36,012 nucleotides of DNA from a virus (lineage: Duplodnaviria; Heunggongvirae; Uroviricota; Caudoviricetes). Location of the stretch: the IMG/VR virus record IMGVR_UViG_2654587772_000001. One strand, 5' to 3'. How positions within the stretch are numbered: the first letter of the stretch is position 1; each line of letters begins with the position of its first letter. This document shows, in pieces, positions 1 to 7,937 of the stretch. The notes under the pieces are model-generated. The model searched no databases, was not told where the DNA came from, and saw nothing but the letters and a program-made list of their open reading frames with translations. The position numbers and the translations under genes are program-made.

Positions 1-318
1 ATGAAAAAGATAGCTGCTATATCATTAATTAGTGTTTTTCTTATGTCTGGGTGTGCTGTACATAATGATGAGACAAGTATCGGTAAATTTGGTCTTGCAT
101 ATAAAAGTAATATTCAGCGTAAACTCGATAACCAATACTACACCGAAGCCGAAGCTTCTTTAGCCAGGGGCAGAATTTCTGGTGCAGAAAATATAGTAAA
201 AAATGATGCAGCTCATTTCTGTGTTACTCAGGGCAAAAAAATGCAGATAGTTGACCTGAAGACAGAAGGTGCAGGATTACATGGCGTCGCTCGTCTGACA
301 TTCAAATGTGGAGAGTGA
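1..318 (+). CDS. yegR: small lipoprotein, YegR-like (host flank)
   Basis: 105-aa ORF with lipoprotein signal peptide and lipobox (LMSGC); sits left of attL, matching the yegR neighbour of the cyaR/ogrK locus in E. coli K-12 as recalled from memory. Confidence 0.5.
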   Translation: MKKIAAISLISVFLMSGCAVHNDETSIGKFGLAYKSNIQRKLDNQYYTEAEASLARGRISGAENIVKNDAAHFCVTQGKKMQIVDLKTEGAGLHGVARLTFKCGE

Positions 319-475
319 GAATATTTTTTGGTAAGCGTCAAACATGCGCGTTCTGGTTGTGCGTAGCCGGAATCTGTACGAGCACGATGCCGTTACGTGA
401 AAGGCATCGTGCTATGAAGGGGGATTCTATCGATGTGGTCAATGGAAGACGGTGACCAGGATACGGCTTATGCAT

Positions 476-502
476 AAAAAATAAGCCCGTGTAAGGGAGA
501 TT
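476..502. repeat. attL core: 27-bp direct repeat AAAAAATAAGCCCGTGTAAGGGAGATT, identical to the copy at 34480..34506
   Basis: Exact 27-bp repeat seen at both prophage ends; matches the P2 att core as remembered and equals the 3' end of cyaR. Confidence 0.8.
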
Positions 503-581
503 TAGGGTGTCACCAGTAGGGGCTTTCAACGGTACAATGCGGGTTTGAGCGGCATAAATTACCACTGAAAGCCCTTAAACG

Positions 582-1595
582 TTACTCTACTGTGGACACT
601 GTGTGGACACTCTCGGCCTCAGTACCACCTCTTAGCGGATTAAGAGAAATGGCGTCCTGAAGGTACTCTGGCGCAAAATGAGCGTAAACCATAGTTTGTT
701 CAATCCGCGTGTGACCTAGTATCCGTTGTAGCGTGATAATACTTCCTCCATTAATCATGAAATGAGTGGCAAAGCTGTGCCTTAGTGCATGTGTGGCTTG
801 CCCCATTGGCAAATCCGGTTTTATTGCTTTCATTGTTCGTCTGAAGCGAGGGTAATCAGCATCAGGGAATAAAAAACCTCGTTTGTTATCCGCGATCATT
901 TTGGCAACAGCCTCTGAGATCGGGACGGTGCGTGGTTTGTTTGTTTTCGTTTTAACAAACGTGACGCGGTTATGGATGATATTTTCTGCTTTCAAACGAG
1001 CTGCTTCTCCCCAACGTGCTCCAGTACTCAGGCAAAGAATCGCAATCTTTTTATTGTCGCCGTCAAGAGCAGCAAGCAGTAAGGCAATTTCTTCCTGCGT
1101 GAGATAGCCTGTGTCTGGTTTTTCCTCCTTAAGCTTTTTTGTCCCTCTGATAGGGTGCTCACCAAAGAATAACTCCGCTTCAATCAGGGCTGTAAACATG
1201 CCGCTAATACATGTTAAATCACGATTGATACTCGAAGGTTTAATACCCTGACTTCTTCGGGTGGCGCAGTACTGGCTGATAAGCGATTTCGTAATTTGAA
1301 ATGCGCATGGGTCATTCGTTATTTTTGTGAAGATTTCAATTTTTCCAAGATTAGATTTCCCATGCTCTTCGTGTTTACCCTTTAAATCCCACCAGATCTG
1401 TGTCAGCTCCGACAGACGTCGCTTGTCTGTTGGTTTTGATAGCCATTCTTTATTGTGGTGGTTGTACAACGTGTATTTCTCGAAAGCGACAGCTTCGCTT
1501 TTCTTATCAAACTTCCTACGGATGCGTTTTCCATTACGTCCAGTAGGGCGGATGTCCACTTCATATCGACCATCATCGAGTTTTTTGATTGCCAT
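582..1595 (-). CDS. int: tyrosine integrase (P2 Int)
   Basis: 337-aa ORF; translation matches remembered P2 Int (MAIKKLDDGRYEVDIRPTGRNGKRIRRKF...) with C-terminal R..H..R..Y catalytic region; ATG at 1595. Confidence 0.95.
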   Translation of the reverse strand: MAIKKLDDGRYEVDIRPTGRNGKRIRRKFDKKSEAVAFEKYTLYNHHNKEWLSKPTDKRRLSELTQIWWDLKGKHEEHGKSNLGKIEIFTKITNDPCAFQITKSLISQYCATRRSQGIKPSSINRDLTCISGMFTALIEAELFFGEHPIRGTKKLKEEKPDTGYLTQEEIALLLAALDGDNKKIAILCLSTGARWGEAARLKAENIIHNRVTFVKTKTNKPRTVPISEAVAKMIADNKRGFLFPDADYPRFRRTMKAIKPDLPMGQATHALRHSFATHFMINGGSIITLQRILGHTRIEQTMVYAHFAPEYLQDAISLNPLRGGTEAESVHTVSTVE

Positions 1596-1710
1596 CAGAA
1601 AACCCTCCGAGTGGTGTGTTTTTTGGCGACTACTAATCGCTTTTTTCGTGGTGGCTGAAATTTAGCCACCAATAGTAGGCACTTGTGATGAATATATTCA
1701 CGATGAATTG

Positions 1711-2010
1711 TTAACCAGTCTTTTGACCGGAGTGGGGCGACGTTGTTTCGTTTTGCCCAAAGTGTGCGAGAGCGGGCGCAATTTGCCCGGACTCAGGAGC
1801 GATCTGATTGGTCATGAACCATAAAGTGTATTTGGTGAATTGTGGGGTCTGCAGGATGTTCATCATGACATCTGTTGGAGGTGTTGAACGACCACTTTCA
1901 TAGTAACTCAGCGTGCCATACGGAACCCCTGTTAAATCAGCAAGTTGTTGTCTGCTCAAATACTCTGATTTTCGCATTAAGACTATCTTCTCGCTTATCG
2001 TGTTTGACAT
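1711..2010 (-). CDS. C: immunity repressor C
   Basis: 99-aa ORF with HTH (QQLADLTGVPYGTLSYYESG); divergent from cox; length and position as in P2. Confidence 0.9.
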   Translation of the reverse strand: MSNTISEKIVLMRKSEYLSRQQLADLTGVPYGTLSYYESGRSTPPTDVMMNILQTPQFTKYTLWFMTNQIAPESGQIAPALAHFGQNETTSPHSGQKTG

Positions 2011-2124
2011 GGTGTTTAGATCTCAATAGTATTTAGTTTAGATGTAGATTGTTTAGTGCTTGGATGTGTGCACTAAAAGGCATTATAAGGCATTAAACGC
2101 AATTCATGAGGGCTGGAGGACGAC
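2011..2124. promoter_or_regulatory. divergent early promoter/operator region (Pc/Pe) with direct TTTAGAT-type repeats
   Basis: 114-bp AT-rich intergenic region between divergent C and cox; repeated TTTAGAT / TTTAG motifs around 2024-2060; the P2 switch region is in this position. Confidence 0.5.
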
Positions 2125-2400
2125 ATGAGCAAGCAAGTAACACTCATGACTGATGCGATTCCTTATCAGGAGTTCGCAAAACTAATAGGAAAATCGACAG
2201 GAGCGGTTCGTCGGATGATCGATAAAGGAAAGCTGCCTGTAATTGATTTGACCGATCCACAATCAGCTTCAGGTCGTGCAGGTGAATATTGGGTATACCT
2301 TCCGGCATGGAATAACGGACTAAAACTGGCTTATGAAAGCCGCCCTAAAGAGATTCGTGACGGCTGGTTGATGTGGTTAGGTCTCGGTGAACCACGTTAA
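2125..2400 (+). CDS. cox: Cox (excisionase / Pc repressor)
   Basis: 91-aa ORF, RBS GGAGGA about 6 nt upstream; translation matches P2 Cox. Confidence 0.9.
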   Translation: MSKQVTLMTDAIPYQEFAKLIGKSTGAVRRMIDKGKLPVIDLTDPQSASGRAGEYWVYLPAWNNGLKLAYESRPKEIRDGWLMWLGLGEPR

Positions 2401-2410
2401 GGAGAACCGT

Positions 2411-2581
2411 ATGAATGAACCTCGTTGTATTGCTCAGTTATTGCGTAACGAAAGCCCCAGGGCGATTGACTTCACCATCACCCACGGTAAGGGGCGTAAG
2501 GGAATCATTATCCGCACCAAAAAACAGAGTCCGTTAAAAAAGGCTCTGACCTTTCTGAAAAGCCGGAGGGTATGGAAATGA
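2411..2581 (+). CDS. small early protein (P2 orf78-like)
   Basis: ATG at 2411 preceded by AAGGAG; track ORF 2387..2581 starts at a GTG; position between cox and B. Confidence 0.5.
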   Translation: MNEPRCIAQLLRNESPRAIDFTITHGKGRKGIIIRTKKQSPLKKALTFLKSRRVWK

Positions 2582-3078
2582 CAGTGATGACGCTCAATCT
2601 CGTTGAAAAACAGCCAGCAGCTATGCGCCGGATAATTGGTAAGCATCTTGCCGTTCCTCGCTGGCAGGATACATGTGATTATTATAATCAGATGATGGAG
2701 CGCGAACGGCTAACGGTTTGCTTTCATGCGCAGTTAAAACAGCGTCACGCAACGATGCGTTTTGAAGAAATGAACGACGTCGAACGTGAACGACTGGTTT
2801 GTGCAATTGATGAATTGCGTGGCGCATTCTCAAAACGCCGTCAGGTCGGCGCAAGTGAGTATGCATATATTAGTTTTTTAACAGTCAGTCAGCGTCGTAC
2901 TTTATTTATGCATGCCGGATTGACTGAAAAAGAATTCAACCAGCCATACTGGCGAATTAATGAAGAATCATGTTACTGGCGTGATGCTTTATTCCGTGCA
3001 TTACGTGAATTATTCAGTCTGTTTGAGTATGCACCGACAATTCTGACGTCGGTAAAACCAGAGCAATATCTGCATTAA
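2572..3078 (+). CDS. B: replication protein B (helicase loader-like)
   Basis: 168-aa ORF (166 aa if started at ATG 2578) matching remembered P2 B; RBS GGAGGG upstream. Confidence 0.85.
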   Translation: MEMTVMTLNLVEKQPAAMRRIIGKHLAVPRWQDTCDYYNQMMERERLTVCFHAQLKQRHATMRFEEMNDVERERLVCAIDELRGAFSKRRQVGASEYAYISFLTVSQRRTLFMHAGLTEKEFNQPYWRINEESCYWRDALFRALRELFSLFEYAPTILTSVKPEQYLH

Positions 3079-3365
3079 ATAATTAACCAGAGTTTTTAAC
3101 GCACTTAATCGTGCGGGGCTTCTTTTTGCCTGGAGAAAGTCATGCATACAGTTTCTGAAAATCAGTGCGGTAAATACGCATTACTGCTGCAACAGGCCTG
3201 AACCGAAGCACAGGCCGACGCTGCGACGCGCTTTTCTTCTCATCTTGACGCCATGATTCGCCACATCACAAAGGCGGAGTTATCCCGCGTGGAGATAGTT
3301 GAGCTGCTCAGTCAGGAGTCGGAAAAATTTCACAATATCGGATTGTCTCGCGGGGAGGTGCTTTG

Positions 3366-3668
3366 ATGTCCTGTTCTCGTTCGGTTGTATTACTGAATAA
3401 CGCCTTAAAAATCGCCGTTATGAAAAATGGTGATTTGTCTCTTATTCAACTTGGTCTTGATAAAGAAAAACGCGAAATAACTGAGTCTGTTATCGCGATT
3501 TATCAGAACGAATTAAATCTCCTGTCTGATGTGGTCAATTTACTTGTTAAACGCGCTGTATTTCACAAGAAAATCTCCTCCGTGGATGAACTGACAAAAT
3601 TAACGACAGAAATTGCCAGCTATTGCGCTGATGAATTTAAAAAACTTAACGACAAAAGGAGCTGGTAA
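3366..3668 (+). CDS. hypothetical early protein (P2 orf81-like)
   Basis: 100-aa ORF from first ATG (the track start at 3363 is TTG); RBS GGGGAGG about 7 nt upstream; stop overlaps next start. Confidence 0.55.
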   Translation: MSCSRSVVLLNNALKIAVMKNGDLSLIQLGLDKEKREITESVIAIYQNELNLLSDVVNLLVKRAVFHKKISSVDELTKLTTEIASYCADEFKKLNDKRSW

Positions 3669-3892
3669 TGCCGGACAACGTAGATTTTATTCAGGAACAA
3701 CAGGCTGAATTACTGGAGCGTCAGATTAACGCGGCAAGGGTAAAACATTGCGGTGCTTCTGCGCTGGTTTGCGAAGAGTGTGACGCGCCAATACCTGCTG
3801 CCCGTCGTGCGGCTTATCCGTCAGCCACGCGTTGTGTTTCCTGTCAGTCAGTCTTTGAAGCAAAAAACAAACATTACCGGAGAACGGCATGA
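3668..3892 (+). CDS. TraR/DksA-family C4 zinc-finger protein (P2 orf82-like)
   Basis: 74-aa ORF with CxxC...CxxC (CEECDAP...CVSCQ); translationally coupled to its neighbours. Confidence 0.7.
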   Translation: MPDNVDFIQEQQAELLERQINAARVKHCGASALVCEECDAPIPAARRAAYPSATRCVSCQSVFEAKNKHYRRTA

Positions 3893-4164
3893 GTATTCGT
3901 ATTGAAATTGGCGAACGTTATGTCGTTACCAGTGACAGCTTTCAGTTTATTCTCCACGAGAAAAAGAGAGCGGAAAGCGGTAAAAACGCCGGTCAGGAAT
4001 GGCTGGCGGTGGTTGGTTATTACCCGAAATTAAGCCAGCTCGTTTCCGGCCTGATGCATCACGATATTCTGACCGGAAGCGCAAAATCTTTTGCTGATTT
4101 AAACGCGCAGGTTGAGCAACTCAGCAGGCGTTGTTCAGAGGCTTTTGGCTCACATGGACGTTAA
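3889..4164 (+). CDS. hypothetical early protein (P2 orf83-like)
   Basis: 91-aa ORF, ATGA overlap with the upstream gene; position immediately before A. Confidence 0.6.
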   Translation: MSIRIEIGERYVVTSDSFQFILHEKKRAESGKNAGQEWLAVVGYYPKLSQLVSGLMHHDILTGSAKSFADLNAQVEQLSRRCSEAFGSHGR

Positions 4165-6427
4165 AGCCTCCGGGCGTTTTGTCCCTCCGTCAGCATTTGC
4201 CGCAGGCACCGGTAAGACGTTTACCGGTGCTTATGCATGGAACGCGCCACGCGAGGCCGTCGGGCGCGAAAGACCCCTTACACGTGACGAGATGCGTCAG
4301 GTGCAAGGTGTTTTATCCACGATTAACCGCCTGCCTTACTTTTTGCGTTCGCTGTTTACTTCACGCTATGACTACATCCGGCGCAATAAAAGCCCGGTGC
4401 ACGGGTTTTATTTCCTCACATCCACTTTTCAGCGTCGTTTATGGCCGCGCATTGAGCGCGTGAATCAGCGCCATGAAATGAACACCGACGCGTCGTTGCT
4501 GTTTCTGGCAGAGCGTGACCACTATGCGCGCCTGCCTGGAATGAATGACAAGGAGCTGAAAAAGTTTGCCGCCCGTATCTCATCGCAGCTTTTCATGATG
4601 TATGAGGAACTCTGCGATGCATGGGGTGATGCGCATGGTGAAAAAGAATCGCTGTTTACGGATGAGGCGCAGGCTCACCTCTATGGTCATGTTGCTGGCG
4701 CTGCACGTGCTTTCAATATTTCCCCGCTCTACTGGAAAAAATACCGTAAAGGACAGATGACCACGAGGCAGGCATATTCTGCCATTGCCCGTCTGTTTAA
4801 CGATGAGTGGTGGATTAGTCAGCTTAAAGGCCAGCGTATGCGCTGGCATGAGGCGTTACTGATTGCTGTCGGGGAGGTCAATAAAGACCGTTCTCCTTAT
4901 GCCAGTAAACATGCCATTCGTGATGTGCGTGCGCGCCGCCAGGCAAATCTGGAATTTCTTAAATCGTGTGACCTTGAAAACAGGGAAACCGGCGAGCGCA
5001 TCGACCTTATCAGTAAGGTGATGGGCAGTATTTCTAATCCTGAAATTCGCCGGATGGAGCTGATGAACACCATTGCCGGTATTGAGCGTTACGCCGCCGC
5101 AGAGGGTGATGTGGGGATGTTTATCACGCTGACCGCGCCGTCAAAGTATCACCCGACACGTCAGGTCGGAAAAGGCGAAAGTAAAACCGTTCAGCTTAAT
5201 CACGGCTGGAACGATGAGGCATTTAATCCAAAGGATGCGCAGCGTTATCTCTGCCGTATCTGGAGCCTGATGCGCACGGCATTCAAGGATAATGATTTAC
5301 AGGTCTACGGTTTGCGAGTCGTCGAGCCACACCACGACGGAACGCCGCACTGGCATATGATGCTTTTTTGTCATCCACGCCAGCGTAACCAGATTATCGA
5401 AATCATGCGTCGCTATGCGCTCAAAGAGGATGGCGACGAAAGAGGAGCCGCGCGAAACCGTTTTCAGGCAAAACACCTTAACCGGGGCGGTGCTGCGGGA
5501 TATATCGCGAAATACATTTCAAAAAACATCGACGGCTATGCACTGGATGGTCAGCTCGATAACGACACCGGCAGGCCGCTGAAAGACACTGCAGCGGCTG
5601 TTACCGCATGGGCGTCAACGTGGCGCATTCCGCAATTTAAAACAGTTGGCCTGCCGACAATGGGGGCTTACCGTGAACTACGCAAATTGCCTCGCGGCGT
5701 CAGCATTGCTGATGAGTTTGACGAGCGCGTCGAGGCTGCACGCGCCGCCGCAGACAGTGGTGATTTTGCGTTGTATATCAGCGCGCAGGGTGGGGCAAAT
5801 GTCCCGCGCGATTGTCAGACTGTCAGGGTCGCCCGTAGCCCGTCGGATGACGTTAACGAGTATGAGGAAGAAGTCGAGAGAGTGGTCGGCATTTACGCGC
5901 CGCATCTCGGCGCGCGTCATATTCATATCACCAGAACGACGGACTGGCGCATTGTGCCGAAAGTTCCGGTCGTGGAGCCTTTGACTTTAAAAAGCGGCAT
6001 CGCCGCGCCTCGGAGTCCTGTCAATAACTGTGGAAAACTCACCGGTGGTGATACTTCGTTACCGGCTCCCACACCTTCTGAGCACGCCGCAGCAGTGCTT
6101 AATCTGGTAGATGACGGTGTTATCGAATGGAATGACCAGGAGGTCGTGAGGGCGCTCAGAGGTGCATTAAAACACGGTCTGAGAAGACCAAACCGTCAGC
6201 AAAGAAACGGAAGCCCGTTAAAACCGCATGAAATAGCGCCATCGGCCAGACTGACCCGGTCGGAACGAATGCAAATTACCCGTATCCGCGTTGACCTTGC
6301 TCAGAACGGTATCAGGCCGCAGCGATGGGAGCTTGAGGCGCTGGCGCGTGGTGCAATTGTGAACTATGGCGCAAAAGAATTTCATTACCATGTTCAGAAG
6401 GCGTGGGAAGCATTTTCGAGGTGGTAA
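4154..6427 (+). CDS. A: replication initiation endonuclease A (rolling-circle initiator)
   Basis: Track ORF 4112..6427 starts at TTG; first ATG is 4154 (MDVKASGRFVPP...), about 757 aa; long match to remembered P2 gpA including the HxH metal motif (PHWHMMLF) and the YxxK active-site region (AGYIAKYISK). Confidence 0.9.
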   Translation: MDVKASGRFVPPSAFAAGTGKTFTGAYAWNAPREAVGRERPLTRDEMRQVQGVLSTINRLPYFLRSLFTSRYDYIRRNKSPVHGFYFLTSTFQRRLWPRIERVNQRHEMNTDASLLFLAERDHYARLPGMNDKELKKFAARISSQLFMMYEELCDAWGDAHGEKESLFTDEAQAHLYGHVAGAARAFNISPLYWKKYRKGQMTTRQAYSAIARLFNDEWWISQLKGQRMRWHEALLIAVGEVNKDRSPYASKHAIRDVRARRQANLEFLKSCDLENRETGERIDLISKVMGSISNPEIRRMELMNTIAGIERYAAAEGDVGMFITLTAPSKYHPTRQVGKGESKTVQLNHGWNDEAFNPKDAQRYLCRIWSLMRTAFKDNDLQVYGLRVVEPHHDGTPHWHMMLFCHPRQRNQIIEIMRRYALKEDGDERGAARNRFQAKHLNRGGAAGYIAKYISKNIDGYALDGQLDNDTGRPLKDTAAAVTAWASTWRIPQFKTVGLPTMGAYRELRKLPRGVSIADEFDERVEAARAAADSGDFALYISAQGGANVPRDCQTVRVARSPSDDVNEYEEEVERVVGIYAPHLGARHIHITRTTDWRIVPKVPVVEPLTLKSGIAAPRSPVNNCGKLTGGDTSLPAPTPSEHAAAVLNLVDDGVIEWNDQEVVRALRGALKHGLRRPNRQQRNGSPLKPHEIAPSARLTRSERMQITRIRVDLAQNGIRPQRWELEALARGAIVNYGAKEFHYHVQKAWEAFSRW

Positions 6428-6537
6428 TCTAAATATGAAAAATCTGCACACCGAAACACTCTTGTAGGTTGATAATTTGCAAACTAGGTGGATTTACTCT
6501 TTGATGTGTAAGAAGTTATACTACAAAAAATTGATTT

Positions 6538-7458
6538 ATGGGCTTGGCGATGTATAACGATCCTTATAGTGACCCAAAAGCGTGGGAATCATATTTCAAA
6601 AATATTGTTTGGCTACATTATAAGCCTGCTAACTGTTGTGACTTGCCAGATGAGCATGGAGGCGACTTTGGGCTGGAGTGTTACACTCTGAGTGGTCATG
6701 TTTTTCAGTGTTACTTGCCTGAGCAGTCGAGTGATATTGATAAGCTTTATAAAGCGCAACAAAAAAAGATTTATACTGATATAAAAAAGTTTTCTCAGGA
6801 TAACATTAAAGAATTAGAGGAGCTTTTTGGCACATTAAAAATTAGCCGCTGGATATTAGCTACACCATATAATAAATCGGCGAAATTAAGTCAATATTGC
6901 ACAAAAAAATCATTAAAAGTAAGAGAGTTAGGGATTTCTTACGTTGCTGATGATTTTCAAATAGTAGTGCAAACAGATCGAAATTATATAGAAGAAGCGT
7001 TCTTTCTTCGCAAAAATAACTATCAATTAAGCTTTAATATAAATGATGCGACGGCTGAGAATGCTGCTAACTTTATTAGTGAAAATACATCTTTTTTAGA
7101 TAAGCTAAATTTAAAATTACCTAAGATAAATGATGATGTATCTAGGCAGGGTTTATATAGAGAGTTTTTAATACAAAAATATCTTGATTATCAAAACTTG
7201 CTGGATGCTTTGAAGAGAGACTGGGTTGATATCTATGAAATTATCTATAACTGTGTTCAACATAGAGAACGTAATTTGGTAGGTCTCTTTCTTCTTACTT
7301 CATCAGATGCGAAACCATCAGATATAATGAAAGATGAAATCGCTTTGTTAAAGAAATGTATTGAAGAGGAAGTTAGTACGCTTAAACAGGCTGACTTGGA
7401 TAAGATAACATGGGGAGTTATTTCTGATTGGCTTATAAGATGCCCTTTAGATTTTTAG
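6538..7458 (+). CDS. hypothetical protein, gene 1 of the AT-rich cargo operon (candidate effector component)
   Basis: 306-aa ORF in AT-rich DNA at the tin/old position; no motif recognised by eye apart from a Cys/His-rich N-terminal patch (CCDLPDEHGGDFGLECYTLSGHVFQCY); weak RBS. Confidence 0.6.
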   Translation: MGLAMYNDPYSDPKAWESYFKNIVWLHYKPANCCDLPDEHGGDFGLECYTLSGHVFQCYLPEQSSDIDKLYKAQQKKIYTDIKKFSQDNIKELEELFGTLKISRWILATPYNKSAKLSQYCTKKSLKVRELGISYVADDFQIVVQTDRNYIEEAFFLRKNNYQLSFNINDATAENAANFISENTSFLDKLNLKLPKINDDVSRQGLYREFLIQKYLDYQNLLDALKRDWVDIYEIIYNCVQHRERNLVGLFLLTSSDAKPSDIMKDEIALLKKCIEEEVSTLKQADLDKITWGVISDWLIRCPLDF

Positions 7459-7459
7459 A

Positions 7460-7936
7460 ATGGAAAAGCAAATGCATATAACGATAGATGAAATAATAGG
7501 AAGGCCGTTTACGTTTAATAAACGACCTGAACATTTGCCATGTGATATGAGACCATTGTGGCGTTGCAGTTTGTTGCTGATAATATTCCTTGTCACAGGG
7601 AGAGCTGGTTGCTGTTCTTTAAAAAAACTTCATTTAATTAATTGGATGTTAAAGTCAGAGAATAATGAAGCAATGTTTGAATTCTGGCTTTTAAACAAAG
7701 AAGGTTTAAAGCCTGAAGTAAGATTGGATCCAACTTTAGATAGAGCAATACAGCTATTATTAGCAGAGGATTTTATTTTGAGAAATGAACGAGCGTTCAA
7801 AATAAATGAAAAGGGGCTTAAGGTCGCTGAGAAATTGCTTTCTCTTGATGTGTTCAAAGAAGAAAGGTTGGTGCTAAATAAACATAAGGCTGGACTGTCC
7901 GAAACTAACATTAATAAAATATTTCAGGTGGGTTAA
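7460..7936 (+). CDS. hypothetical small protein, gene 2 of the cargo operon (candidate middle/adaptor component)
   Basis: 158-aa ORF; its ATG lies 1 nt after the gene 1 stop and its stop 1 nt before the gene 3 ATG, indicating translational coupling. Confidence 0.55.
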   Translation: MEKQMHITIDEIIGRPFTFNKRPEHLPCDMRPLWRCSLLLIIFLVTGRAGCCSLKKLHLINWMLKSENNEAMFEFWLLNKEGLKPEVRLDPTLDRAIQLLLAEDFILRNERAFKINEKGLKVAEKLLSLDVFKEERLVLNKHKAGLSETNINKIFQVG

Positions 7937-7937
7937 T

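Noticed and set aside
338-565. 75-aa minus-strand ORF spanning the attL core
   Set aside because: Overlaps the att core and arm repeats, has no RBS, and its sequence is explained by att and remnant phage-arm DNA; most likely non-coding.
883-1107. 74-aa ORF antisense within int
   Set aside because: Lies entirely inside the well-supported int gene on the opposite strand; typical antisense frame artefact.
3142-3365. Two very short ORFs (about 19 and 37 codons) between B and the orf81-like gene, one with a GGAGA RBS
   Set aside because: Too short to support from sequence alone; could be P2 orf80-like or a decayed gene. Not annotated.
4131-4463. 110-aa ORF overlapping the start of gene A in another frame
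   Set aside because: Lies wholly inside the gene A reading frame, whose translation matches P2 gpA; no independent support.
6428-6537. Sigma70-like -35/-10 hexamers upstream of the cargo operon (TTGATA at about 6469, TTGATG at about 6500, TATACT at about 6516)
   Set aside because: Spacings between candidate hexamers are non-canonical (about 10 nt, or a poor -10); a promoter is likely here but I cannot place it.
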